Under the pieces are notes generated by a model that had not been told where the DNA came from, ran no database searches, and saw only the letters and a list, made by a program, of their open reading frames with translations. Below, piece after piece: positions 52,630 through 61,852 of a stretch of 64,000 nt of DNA. Both the position numbers and the translations under genes were made by a program. Numbering within the stretch: position 1 is the stretch's first letter; every line of letters starts with the position of its first letter. This stretch comes from Myxococcota bacterium (lineage in GTDB: Bacteria > Myxococcota_A > UBA9160 > SZUA-336), in contig DATJZN010000056.1 of NCBI GenBank assembly GCA_035499075.1, forward strand, positions 15,718 to 79,717. Reading direction: 5' to 3'.

Positions 52630-53894
52630 CGGAAGCGAAGCTCGAATGGGACGGCCCGATGTACCGGCTCGCCGTGGCGCAGCTCGACCAGACCGCGGCG
52701 CAGATGCACCTCGACGAGAACATCTGGGAGCGCCTGCGCATGCCGCAGCGCTCGCTCATCGTGTCGTTCCCGTTCCGCCGCGACGACTACAAGACGGTCG
52801 ACACGGTGTACGGGTACCGCGTGCAGCACGTGCTGACGATGGGCCCCACGAAGGGCGGGGTGCGCTACGACGAAGACGTGCACCTGGGTGAGGTCGTCGC
52901 CCTCTCGATGTGGATGACGTGGAAGTGCGCGCTCATCGGTCTGCCGTTCGGCGGCGCGAAGGGCGGCGTGCGCATCGACCCCAGGAAGGTGTCGCGCACC
53001 GAGCTGCAGCGCATCACGCGGCGCTACACGATGGAGATCATCGAGATGATCGGCCCGGACAAGGACATCCCGGCGCCGGACATGGGCACCGACGAGCAGG
53101 TGATGGCCTGGATGATGGACACGTACTCGGGCCAGAAGGGCCACGCGGTCCCCGGAGTGGTGACCGGCAAGCCGATCGAGATCGGCGGCTCGCTCGGCCG
53201 GCGCGAGGCCACCGGGCGCGGCGTCGTCACGTGCGTCGCCGAGGCGTGCAAGCACGTCGGCATCGCGTTCGAGGGCGCGCGCGTCGCCGTGCAGGGCTAC
53301 GGCAACGTGGGCTCGAACGCGGCGCGCATCGCGGCGAAGAGCGGCGCGCGCGTGGTCGCGGTGTCGGACGTGAAGGGCGGCGTGTACGACCCGCGCGGGC
53401 TCGACTTCGCGGAGCTCGACGCCTGGGTCGCCGAGCATCGCTACCTGGAGGGCTACCCCGGCGCCGAGCGCGTCACGAACGAAGAGCTGCTCGAGCTCGA
53501 CTGCGAGGTGCTCGTGCCCGCCGCGCTGCAGAACCAGCTCACCGACAAGAACGCGGGCGGCGTGCGGGCGCGCGTCGTCGTCGAAGGTGCGAACGGGCCG
53601 ACCACGCTCGAAGCCGACGCGATCCTGCGCGACCGCGGCGTGTTCGTCGTGCCCGACGTGCTCGCGAACTCGGGCGGCGTGACGGTGTCGTACTTCGAGT
53701 GGGTGCAGGACGCTCAGCAGCTGTTCTGGAGCGAGGAAGAAGTGAACGAGCGCCTGCACAAGATCCAGTCGGCCGCATTTCGCGCCACGCTCGACTTCGC
53801 ACAGGCGAAGCAGCTCGACATGCGCACGGCCTCGCTCTGGCGCGGCATCGAGCGCGTCGCCGAAGCGAAGCGCCGCCGCGGCGTGTTCCCCTAG
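52626..53894 (+). CDS. Glu/Leu/Phe/Val-family amino-acid dehydrogenase (glutamate dehydrogenase-like)
   Basis: ...CALIGLPFGGAKGGVRIDP... is the catalytic Lys motif; ...VAVQGYGNVGSNAA... is the NAD(P) Rossmann. ATGA overlap with aroE. 422 aa. Confidence 0.9.
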   Translation: MTEAKLEWDGPMYRLAVAQLDQTAAQMHLDENIWERLRMPQRSLIVSFPFRRDDYKTVDTVYGYRVQHVLTMGPTKGGVRYDEDVHLGEVVALSMWMTWKCALIGLPFGGAKGGVRIDPRKVSRTELQRITRRYTMEIIEMIGPDKDIPAPDMGTDEQVMAWMMDTYSGQKGHAVPGVVTGKPIEIGGSLGRREATGRGVVTCVAEACKHVGIAFEGARVAVQGYGNVGSNAARIAAKSGARVVAVSDVKGGVYDPRGLDFAELDAWVAEHRYLEGYPGAERVTNEELLELDCEVLVPAALQNQLTDKNAGGVRARVVVEGANGPTTLEADAILRDRGVFVVPDVLANSGGVTVSYFEWVQDAQQLFWSEEEVNERLHKIQSAAFRATLDFAQAKQLDMRTASLWRGIERVAEAKRRRGVFP

Positions 53895-54946
53895 GCCCGC
53901 CTCCAGAGGTCGGCGGGCACGGCCGCGCCGCCCGGCCGGAACGGCAGCGCGACCTCCGCGCCGCCCCGCCCGGCCGACGCGTACGCCGCCAGCAGGAGCT
54001 CGAGCACCGCGCGGCCGTCTTCGGCCGACTCCTCGAGCGGCGCGCCGCGCGCCGCGGCGAGGAAGTGCGACAGCTCGCCGGTGTAGCCATGATCGACGAG
54101 CGGATCGACTGGCGGGCGGCTTTGCGCGCCGTCGCGCTGGGTCAGCCGCAGACCCGTCTCGCTGGTGAGGTCGGCGACGAGCGTTCCTTCGGTGCCGTGC
54201 ACCTCGAGCCGGCTCTCCAGGCCGCCGAGCGCCGCCCACGAGCTCTCGGACACGAGCGTGGCGCCGCTCGCCAGCTCGAGCCGCACCACCGCGTCGTCTT
54301 CCAACGCCGTCTTCTCGCCGTGCAGCACGGTCGCGAGCCGCGCCGACACGGCGCGGACCACGGGCTTGTCGAACACGAAGCGCAGCACTTCGATGCCGTG
54401 GCAGCCCATGTCCATGAGCGCGCCGCCGCCGGCCTCGCGCCGGTCGAAGAACCACGGCGAGTACGGGCCGCCATGCTTCTCGACCTGCCGCGCGAACAGC
54501 AGCCGGCCCAAGGCGCCGGAGCGCACGAGCTCGCGCGCGCGCCGGAACAGCGGCGCGAAGCACAGGTTCTCGGCGTAGCCCAACACCAATTTGTGTCGCT
54601 TCGCCGCCGCGCACATGTGCTCCGCTTCGTCGAGCCCGAAGCAGAGCGGCTTCTCGACGACGGTGTGCTTCCCCGCCTCGAGCGCCGCGAGCGCGTGCTC
54701 GGCGTGCAGCCGATTCGGCGAGTTCACGAACACGAGGTGCACGTCCGGCTCGGCGAGCAGTCGCGGCAGCTCGTCGAACCCGAACGCCTTGGCGTGACGC
54801 CCCGCCGCGAGCTTCTCCGCCGCCGCGCGCGTACGCGAGGCGACCGCTGCGAGCCGCGCGCCGCCCACTCGGTCGAGCGCGGCCAGGTAGACGCGCGAGA
54901 TCCAGCCGGCTCCGAGGAGCGCGACGCCGAGAGGCTCAGGCGTCAG
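53891..54946 (-). CDS. Gfo/Idh/MocA-family NAD(P)-dependent oxidoreductase
   Basis: ...LGVALLGAGWISRVYLAALDRV..ARLAAVASR... is the N-terminal Rossmann; ...EKPLCFGLDEAEHM... follows. The only start-like codon preserving the GxGxxG motif is CTG at 54944-54946, overlapping the acyl-CoA dehydrogenase TGA. The upstream part of the track ORF is the antisense of that dehydrogenase. Confidence 0.7.
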   Translation of the reverse strand: MTPEPLGVALLGAGWISRVYLAALDRVGGARLAAVASRTRAAAEKLAAGRHAKAFGFDELPRLLAEPDVHLVFVNSPNRLHAEHALAALEAGKHTVVEKPLCFGLDEAEHMCAAAKRHKLVLGYAENLCFAPLFRRARELVRSGALGRLLFARQVEKHGGPYSPWFFDRREAGGGALMDMGCHGIEVLRFVFDKPVVRAVSARLATVLHGEKTALEDDAVVRLELASGATLVSESSWAALGGLESRLEVHGTEGTLVADLTSETGLRLTQRDGAQSRPPVDPLVDHGYTGELSHFLAAARGAPLEESAEDGRAVLELLLAAYASAGRGGAEVALPFRPGGAAVPADLWRRA

Positions 54947-56064
54947 AGCTTCAAGAGCTGCGCGACGCGCTCGCGGTGCTCGGTCGAGTCGCCGTAGGTG
55001 ACCTCGATCGCCTTCGCGCGCTTGAAGTACAGGTGGCAGTCGTACTCCCACGTGAAGCCGACGCCGCCGTGAATCTGGATGTTCTCCGCGGACGTAGCAC
55101 GGTACGCGTCGCTCGTGTACGCCTTGGCCATCGACGCCGCGAGCTCCGCCTCCGCCGTCTTCTCGGCCACGGCCCACGCGGCGTAGTACGTGATCGACTT
55201 CGAGGACTCGACCTGGATCAGCATGTCGGCGCACTTGTGCTTGATCGCCTGATTCACGCCGATCGGCTTGCCGAACTGGACGCGCTCCTTGGCGTACTTC
55301 ACCGAGTCCTCGAGCACCTTCTGCGCCCCGCCGAGCGCCTCGGCGGACAGGTGCACGAGCGTGTGCGCGCGCACCGTCTTCCACGTGGCCCAGCCGGACT
55401 CGGGCGAGCCCAGCACTTGCGCGGGCGTCTCTTCGAAGCGCACCTCGGCGATGCGGCGCGTCTGGTCCATCGACGCGAGCGGCGTGATCGCGAGCCCCGG
55501 GGCGCCCTTCTCGACCAGGAACAGCGCGATGCCCGCCTCGCCCGGCCCGCCGCTGCGCGCGGCCACCACGAGCACGTCCGCGTTCTGCGCGTCGGGCACG
55601 AAGAGCTTCGTGCCCGTGAGCGCGTAGCCGGCGCCCTTGCGCTCCGCGCGCGTGGTCAGCTCGTCCGGGTTCTCGTTGCCCGCTTCCTCGGTGATCGCGA
55701 AGGTGAGGATCTTCCGCCCCGCCGCGACGTCGGGCAGGAGCTCCTTCTTCTGCGTCTCGGTGCCGGCGTGCAGCACGGCGAGCGCGCCCTGGAACGTGGC
55801 CAGGAACGGCGACGGCGTGAGCGCGCGGCCGAGCTCCTCGGCGACCACGATCTCGTCGACCAGGCTGAGCCCCGCGCCGCCGTACTCTTCGGGCAGCAGC
55901 AGGCCCAGCCAGCCGAGCTCGGCCAGCTTCGCCCAGGTCTCGGGGCGGTAGCCGCGCGGGTCGTCCATGAGCTCGCGCACCGCCGTCATCGGCGCCTCGC
56001 GCGCCAGGAACTCGCGCGCGGTGCTGCGGAGCAGCTCCTGTTCCTCGGAGAAGCCGAAATTCAC
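54943..56064 (-). CDS. acyl-CoA dehydrogenase family protein
   Basis: MNFGFSEEQELLRSTAREF......FAITEEAGNENP....AITPLASMDQTRR..., the three-domain ACAD architecture. 373 aa. Confidence 0.9.
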   Translation of the reverse strand: MNFGFSEEQELLRSTAREFLAREAPMTAVRELMDDPRGYRPETWAKLAELGWLGLLLPEEYGGAGLSLVDEIVVAEELGRALTPSPFLATFQGALAVLHAGTETQKKELLPDVAAGRKILTFAITEEAGNENPDELTTRAERKGAGYALTGTKLFVPDAQNADVLVVAARSGGPGEAGIALFLVEKGAPGLAITPLASMDQTRRIAEVRFEETPAQVLGSPESGWATWKTVRAHTLVHLSAEALGGAQKVLEDSVKYAKERVQFGKPIGVNQAIKHKCADMLIQVESSKSITYYAAWAVAEKTAEAELAASMAKAYTSDAYRATSAENIQIHGGVGFTWEYDCHLYFKRAKAIEVTYGDSTEHRERVAQLLKL

Positions 56065-56255
56065 GGCGGCGATTCTATGACTCGGCCGTTTGGAGGGTCA
56101 AACGTGTGCGTTGCGGCCTTCCGCTTCGCTGGCGTAGGGTGGCGCCCGAGCATGAGCAAACGAGCGAGGGCCGCCCCGAGCGAGCTCGCAAGCCGAGAAG
56201 CGGCGCGCAGCGAGCCGCAGGCGAGCGCAGTCGATTGGGGCGGGGAGCGACGGAG

Positions 56256-56987
56256 ATGAGCGCGAAGATCGAAGCGCAGGGCGTGTGCAAGCGCTTCGGC
56301 AAGGTGGTGGCGCTCGACGCGCTCTCGCTCGAGATCGCGGCCGGCGAGATCTTCGGGCTGATCGGCCCGAACGGCGCGGGCAAGACGACCTTCATCCGCA
56401 TCCTCACGGGCTACTGGCTCGCCTCCGAGGGCGACGTGCGCGTGGACGGCCTGTCGGTCACGCGCCAGCGCTTCCAGGTGCAGGCGCGGCTCGGCTATGC
56501 GTGCGAACAGCCGAAGCTCTACCCCGACCACCGCGTGGACAAGTTCCTGCACATGATGGGCGAGCTGCGCGGGCTCGCCGGCGCCAAGCTGCGCCGCGCG
56601 ACGGACCTGGCGGTCGAACGGCTCGGGCTCGGCCCCGTCTTGCATCGACACATCGGTGTGTTGTCGAAGGGCTTCCGGCAGCGCGTGGCGCTGGCGCAGG
56701 CGATCCTGCACGAGCCGGCCGTGCTCGTCGTCGACGAGCCCACCGTGGGCCTCGATCCCGCCCAGCAGATCGAGCTCCGCCGCATCCTGGTCGGCTTCAA
56801 GGGCCAGCACACGGTGGTGCTGTGCACGCACCAGCTGCACGAGGCCGAGATGGTGTGCGACCGCGTGGCGCTGCTCGACCAGGGCCGCCTCGCGGCTCTG
56901 GCGACGGCCGACGAGATCCGCGCGGGCGGCAGCCTCGAGGCGCTCTTCCTCGCCAAGGTCGGCACGCACCACGAGGAGGCGCCGTGA
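56256..56987 (+). CDS. ABC transporter ATP-binding protein (GldA-like, ABC-2 exporter type)
   Basis: Walker A GPNGAGKTT, signature LSKGFRQRV, Walker B LLVVDEP. Start is the ATG at 56256 (MSAKIEAQGVCKRFG...). The track's upstream extension is leader. Confidence 0.85.
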   Translation: MSAKIEAQGVCKRFGKVVALDALSLEIAAGEIFGLIGPNGAGKTTFIRILTGYWLASEGDVRVDGLSVTRQRFQVQARLGYACEQPKLYPDHRVDKFLHMMGELRGLAGAKLRRATDLAVERLGLGPVLHRHIGVLSKGFRQRVALAQAILHEPAVLVVDEPTVGLDPAQQIELRRILVGFKGQHTVVLCTHQLHEAEMVCDRVALLDQGRLAALATADEIRAGGSLEALFLAKVGTHHEEAP

Positions 56988-57781
56988 TCCGCCGACTCTG
57001 GGCGCTGTCGCGCAAGGAGCTGCGCCAGCTCTTCGCTTCGCCGATCGCGTACGTGGTGCTGACCGTCTACGTCGCGCTCACGGGCATCTACTTCTTCCAG
57101 CACCTGGTCAGCTACAACCAGCTGCTGTTCGTGTACCAGTCCGAGGGGCTCACCGCAGGCGGCTTCGACCAGGGCACGGTGCCGAGCCAGATCAACGTGC
57201 TGAACGAGGTGTTCGTGCCCTCGGCGGACGACTTCGGGCTGTTCCTCCTGGTCGTGCTGCCGCTCGTGACCATGCGTGTGTTCGCGGAGGAGCGCGCGAA
57301 CGGCACCGATGAGCTGCTCCTCACCTGCGGGCTGCGGCCGTACGAGGTGGCGCTCGCGAAGCACGGCGTGACGTACTTCTTCGTGCTGCTGCTCTTGTTG
57401 GGCAGCGCGATCTACCCGGCGGTCGTGGTGCTGCGCGCGGGGCTCGGGCTCGAGCACCTGGTCGCGCTGTACAGCGGCCAGCTGCTGTACGGCTGCGCGG
57501 TGGCGTCGCTCGGCCTCGCCTGCTCGTCGTTCACGTCGAGCCAGATCGTCGCCGCGGTGCTCGGTTACGCGATCCCCTTCGTGCTGCTCGACTTCGCGTG
57601 GCTGTCGAACACGGTGTCGGAGAGCGTCGCGGCGGTGCTGCGCGAGGTCGCGCTGCTGTCGCACTACGGCTCGTTCGCGCGCGGCGTGATCGAGCTGCGC
57701 CACGTGGTGTACTTCGCGGGGATCGCCGGACTCGGCTGGCTCGCGTCGGTCGCCTCGCTCGAGCTGGCGCGGGCGCGCTGA
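56984..57781 (+). CDS. ABC-2-type transporter permease (GldF-like)
   Basis: Six predicted TM helices. GTG overlapping the ATPase stop (GTGA). (V)IRRLWALSRKELRQLFASPIAYVVLTVYVAL... Confidence 0.75.
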   Translation: MIRRLWALSRKELRQLFASPIAYVVLTVYVALTGIYFFQHLVSYNQLLFVYQSEGLTAGGFDQGTVPSQINVLNEVFVPSADDFGLFLLVVLPLVTMRVFAEERANGTDELLLTCGLRPYEVALAKHGVTYFFVLLLLLGSAIYPAVVVLRAGLGLEHLVALYSGQLLYGCAVASLGLACSSFTSSQIVAAVLGYAIPFVLLDFAWLSNTVSESVAAVLREVALLSHYGSFARGVIELRHVVYFAGIAGLGWLASVASLELARAR

Positions 57782-59331
57782 TGTCGTTCCTGCCCGCTGC
57801 CGGCGTCGTGATGATCCTCGTCGCCGTCGGCTCGTACTACGCGACGCGCTCGCTGCACGGGTTCTCGGCGTTCTCGGGCGCCAATCTGTTGCTGGGCGCG
57901 CTGCTGCTCGCGGTGGGCGTGGTCGCGCAGGCCCGGCGCTTCCGCGGCTTTTCGGGCGCCGAGTCGCGGCGGGTGGTCCTGCGCTGGTCGGCGAGCCTCG
58001 TCGGCGCGCTCGCGCTCGTGGTGGGCGTCGACGTCGCCGCGCGCGGCTGGACCTCGCGCATCGACCTGACGCTCGACCACAGCTACACGCTCTCGGAGCA
58101 GACGATCGCCCTGTGCCAGAAGCTCGCGCAGCGCGGCGGCGAGCCGATCCAGCTGGTGTTCTTCGAGGACGCGCTGCTCGCGAAGGACGTCCGACTGCTC
58201 GTCGCCGCCTACGGCGACCGCTGCCCCGCCGTCGAGACGCGCGATGCCCGCCGGCGCGAGCCGCCGCAGGCGGCGCGCGATCTGTACACCACGACCGCGA
58301 CCACGGTGATCGCCTGCCGCGGCGACGTGTGCGATCCGGTCGGCTACCCATCCGAGCGCAACATCACCAGCGCCATCCTGCGGCTGTCGCGCGAGCGCGC
58401 GGTGCACGTGTACTTCACCGTGGGCCACGGCGAGATCGACCTCGCGAGCGAGTCCGACACCGGCTACGCGGCGGTCGCCGCGACGCTGCGCGACCAGGGC
58501 ATGGACCCGAAGGCGCTCGTCAGCCCGGCCGCCCCCGACGTCCCCGAGGATGCCGACGTGCTGGTCATCGGCGCGCCCGAGCGCGACTTCCTGCCCGAGG
58601 AGCTCGCGGTGCTCGAACGCTACCTGTCGCGCGGCGGGCGGCTGCTCGTGCTGGCAGACGCGGGCCAACACTCCAATGTGTACAGCGAGCTCCTGCCGCG
58701 CTGGGGCTTCGTGCTCGACGACTCGGTCGTGCTCGACCAGGCTGCAAGCCCGCTGCTGAAGGAAGCCACGCCCGTCAACCTGCTCGTGCACCTGTTCGCG
58801 CCGTACGACCCGGTCACGCGCAACCTGTCGCAGCGCACGATGCTGCTGTTCCCGCGCGCGCGTCCGGTCGGGCTCGGCCGCAAGCCGCAGCCGGACGACA
58901 AGCTCGCGCAGGTGGCGTTCGCGAGCCCGCGCTCGTGGCTGTCGCAGAACCTCGCGCGCGCGCTGGCCGGCGGCGAGCTCCAGCCGCCCGCGGGCGCGCA
59001 GACGGGCAACATCGGCGTGGTCGCGACGGGCCGCTTCCCGCGCGGCACCGGCGAGCCGCCCGCCGAGGCGCGCATCGTCGTGATCGGCGACCGCGACTTC
59101 GCGCAGAACCGCCTGCTCGAAGCGCTGTACAACCGCGACCTCCTGCTCAACGCCGTGCGCTGGCTCGGCAACGACGAGCAGGCGATCGCGCTCACGGACA
59201 AGGGCTGGACGCCGAACCAGGATCCGCTGACGCTGCAGCAGACCGTCGCGTACTTCTACTTCCTCGCCTTCGCGCTGCCCGAGACGCTGCTGCTGCTCGG
59301 CATCTACGCGTGGTGGCGGCAGCGCGCCTGA
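57781..59331 (+). CDS. GldG-like ABC-transporter auxiliary protein (N- and C-terminal TM anchors, large periplasmic domain)
   Basis: Start MSFLPAAGVVMILVAV... overlaps the permease TGA (TGATG). C-terminal TM ...TVAYFYFLAFALPETLLLLGIYAWW. 516 aa. Gene order ATPase-permease-GldG matches gldA/F/G-type loci. Confidence 0.7.
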   Translation: MSFLPAAGVVMILVAVGSYYATRSLHGFSAFSGANLLLGALLLAVGVVAQARRFRGFSGAESRRVVLRWSASLVGALALVVGVDVAARGWTSRIDLTLDHSYTLSEQTIALCQKLAQRGGEPIQLVFFEDALLAKDVRLLVAAYGDRCPAVETRDARRREPPQAARDLYTTTATTVIACRGDVCDPVGYPSERNITSAILRLSRERAVHVYFTVGHGEIDLASESDTGYAAVAATLRDQGMDPKALVSPAAPDVPEDADVLVIGAPERDFLPEELAVLERYLSRGGRLLVLADAGQHSNVYSELLPRWGFVLDDSVVLDQAASPLLKEATPVNLLVHLFAPYDPVTRNLSQRTMLLFPRARPVGLGRKPQPDDKLAQVAFASPRSWLSQNLARALAGGELQPPAGAQTGNIGVVATGRFPRGTGEPPAEARIVVIGDRDFAQNRLLEALYNRDLLLNAVRWLGNDEQAIALTDKGWTPNQDPLTLQQTVAYFYFLAFALPETLLLLGIYAWWRQRA

Positions 59332-59386
59332 ACTAACCTCGGCGCACCGCTTGCGGAACGAACCGGGGATGGAGAGGAGACGGGGC

Positions 59387-60121
59387 ATGCGTCAAATCGC
59401 GCTCGCTGCGGCGGCGCTCTGGCTCGCGACCGCGGGCGCGGCCTGCGGGCCGTCGAGCAAGGACGTCGCCGAGCTGAGGTCCAAGCAGGACGAGATCCTG
59501 GCGAAGCTCGCGTCGATCGAGGACACGCAGAAGAAGATCCTCGCGCAGCCCGCGCGCGCGGCCGGCCCGCCGGGCGAGGACTTCGACAAGGTCTACACGA
59601 TCGCGCTCGAAGGCTCGCCGGTGCGCGGCGACGCGGGCGGCGCGGTCACGATCGTCGAGTTCTCCGACTTCCAGTGCCCCTTCTGCGCGCGCGCGGCGCC
59701 GCTCATCACCGAGCTGCTGAAGAAGTACCCGAAGGGCGTGAAGTTCGTGTACAAGCAGTTCCCGCTGCCGATGCACCCGTCGGCGCGCGCGGCGGCCGAA
59801 GCGTCGCTCGCGGCGCAGGAGCAGGGGAAGTTCTGGGAGATGCACGACGTGCTGATCCAGAACCAGCCGTCGCTCGACGCCGCGAAGCTCGATGACTACG
59901 CCAAGCAGGCGGGTCTCGACGTGAAACGCTTCCGCAGCGACCTCGACAAGAACAAGGCCGCGTACGACAAGCGCATCGACGCCGAGGTGAAGCTCGGCAA
60001 CGACGTCGACGTGCGCGGCACGCCCACGCTCTACATCGACGGCAAGAAGGTGCGGATCCGCACCGTGGAAGGCATGAGCGCGATGATCGACGCCGGCCTC
60101 GCGCCCAAGCCCGCGTCCTGA
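59387..60121 (+). CDS. DsbA-family thiol:disulfide oxidoreductase lipoprotein
   Basis: MRQIALAAAALWLATAGAACG is a signal peptide plus lipobox Cys. Active site FQCPFCA. GGAGAGGAGA ribosome-binding site 6 nt upstream of the ATG at 59387. The track's TTG at 59351 is less likely. Confidence 0.8.
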   Translation: MRQIALAAAALWLATAGAACGPSSKDVAELRSKQDEILAKLASIEDTQKKILAQPARAAGPPGEDFDKVYTIALEGSPVRGDAGGAVTIVEFSDFQCPFCARAAPLITELLKKYPKGVKFVYKQFPLPMHPSARAAAEASLAAQEQGKFWEMHDVLIQNQPSLDAAKLDDYAKQAGLDVKRFRSDLDKNKAAYDKRIDAEVKLGNDVDVRGTPTLYIDGKKVRIRTVEGMSAMIDAGLAPKPAS

Positions 60122-60122
60122 G

Positions 60123-60839
60123 TCAGCCCGCCTTCGCGAGCGCGCTCATGTAGGCCTCCACGCGCTTGGCGTTCGCGCCGAGGTCACTCTGGCCCACGCG
60201 CGAGCGCGAGCGCATGTCGACGCGCGAGCCCCCGCCGTCGGCGCGCACGCGGATCACGATGTCGTCCTTGAAGTGGAAGAGCCCCGTCGTCGCGATCGCC
60301 TCGATGCGCCGGGACTCGGTGTCGGCGCTCGTCACCTGCCAGCCGGGCATGGCCTCGGCCACCTGCTTCGCGCGCGCGAACGCCTGCGGCGGCGGCAAGG
60401 CCAGGGTCGCGGCCGCGACGGCCGGATACGCCGCCTTCTGCATGGCCTCGACCTGTGCGCGCAACGCGTCGTCGGGGTCCTTGTTCGGCGAGGCCTCCTT
60501 CACTTCCTTCGTGAACTCGAGCCGGTCGGCGAAATCGGTCGAGATGTCGTGGATCATCGGCACGCCCTGCGAGCGCGACACGAGGAACAGGGTCGCCACG
60601 CCGACGGCGAGCGGCACCGCCGCAGCCCGCACCGCGCGCGGCCGCCACGCCTTGCCCGTGGCGGCGGCGAACGCCGCAGCGCCCGCGAGCCCGATGCCGA
60701 ACACCACGCCGACGAGCAGTCCCAGCAGCATGAGCGAGAAGCCCGTCAGGCCGGGAAACAGGCCCAGGAACGCGCCGAGCGGGCCCGCGACGAGCAGGGT
60801 CACGATGACGTAGGTCGGGACGTACCACAGGCGTTCCAT
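60123..60839 (-). CDS. DUF1499-family membrane protein
   Basis: MERLWYVPTYVIVTLLVAGPLGAFLGLF... has two N-terminal TM helices followed by a soluble domain. Start at the ATG at 60837-60839. Confidence 0.65.
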   Translation of the reverse strand: MERLWYVPTYVIVTLLVAGPLGAFLGLFPGLTGFSLMLLGLLVGVVFGIGLAGAAAFAAATGKAWRPRAVRAAAVPLAVGVATLFLVSRSQGVPMIHDISTDFADRLEFTKEVKEASPNKDPDDALRAQVEAMQKAAYPAVAAATLALPPPQAFARAKQVAEAMPGWQVTSADTESRRIEAIATTGLFHFKDDIVIRVRADGGGSRVDMRSRSRVGQSDLGANAKRVEAYMSALAKAG

Positions 60840-60897
60840 GAAGAACCTCCTGGCCCGCAATTCTAGCCTGGGGCAAGCTCTCTCTGGTGAGTCGGGC

Positions 60898-61839
60898 GTG
60901 ACACACGATCACGGCGCACACGCGCACTCGCATGCCGCGCACGGACACGACCATGCGCACGCGCGCGCGCCCGCGTCCGAATCGACCGCGCTCTCGCGCG
61001 CGTTCGGGCTGACGGCCGTGGTGCTCGTGGTCGAAGCCGTCGGCGGCTTCGCGTTCGGCTCCGTCGCGCTGCTCGCGGACGCAGGCCACATGCTGACCGA
61101 CGTCGGCGCGCTCGGCATCGCGCTCTTCGCCGCATGGGCGGTGAACCGGCCGCGCGGCCGGCGCCACAGCTTCGGGTACGGCCGCGCCGAGGTGCTGGCC
61201 GCACTGCTCAACGGGCTCTTGCTGGGCGGCGTGTCGGTCGGCATCGCGGTCGAGGCGTTCTCGCGCCTCGCCGCGCCGCACGAGATCCGGGCGCTGCCCG
61301 TGATGGCCATCGCGGCGGTGGGCCTGGTCGCGAACCTGATCTCGGGTCTGTTCCTCCTGCGCAGCGCGAGCACGAGCATGAACGTGCGCGCGGCGCTGTA
61401 CCACGTGGCGGGCGACGCCATCGGCTCGCTGGCGGCGCTCGCCGCCGGCGCGGCGATCTGGTGCTTCGGCTGGTCGCGCGCCGACGCGCTGGCGGGCATC
61501 GCGATCGCGCTGCTCCTGGTGGTCTCGGCGGCGCGGCTCGTGCGCGACTCGGTGCACATCCTGCTCGAAGGCGCGCCGCCGCACCTCGACCTGGACGAGA
61601 TCGCGAGGCGCGTCGGCGCCGTGCCGGGCGTCGCGCGCCTGCACGACCTGCACATCTGGAACATCGGGAGCGGCTTCCCCGCCATGAGCGCGCACGTGGA
61701 CCTCTCGCCGGGCGCGAACCCCGAGAGCGTGCGGCGCGCGGTGCACCGCCTCCTGCACCAGGAGTACGCGGTCGCGCACACCACGATCCAGACGGAATCC
61801 GCGCCTCCCCTGCTGCAGGTCGACGGGCCGCCGCTATAA
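60898..61839 (+). CDS. cation diffusion facilitator (CDF) family metal efflux transporter with His-rich N-terminus
   Basis: (V)THDHGAHAHSHAAHGHDHAH is the His-rich tail. ...AVVLVVEAVGGFAFGSVALLADAGHMLTDVGAL... is the TM2 metal site (HxxxD). A C-terminal cytoplasmic domain follows. Start chosen at the GTG at 60898 because the first 20 codons of the track ORF (AAT, TCT, CAA, GCT, GGT) are atypical. Confidence 0.8.
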   Translation: MTHDHGAHAHSHAAHGHDHAHARAPASESTALSRAFGLTAVVLVVEAVGGFAFGSVALLADAGHMLTDVGALGIALFAAWAVNRPRGRRHSFGYGRAEVLAALLNGLLLGGVSVGIAVEAFSRLAAPHEIRALPVMAIAAVGLVANLISGLFLLRSASTSMNVRAALYHVAGDAIGSLAALAAGAAIWCFGWSRADALAGIAIALLLVVSAARLVRDSVHILLEGAPPHLDLDEIARRVGAVPGVARLHDLHIWNIGSGFPAMSAHVDLSPGANPESVRRAVHRLLHQEYAVAHTTIQTESAPPLLQVDGPPL

Positions 61840-61852
61840 TCCCGCCCGCTCG

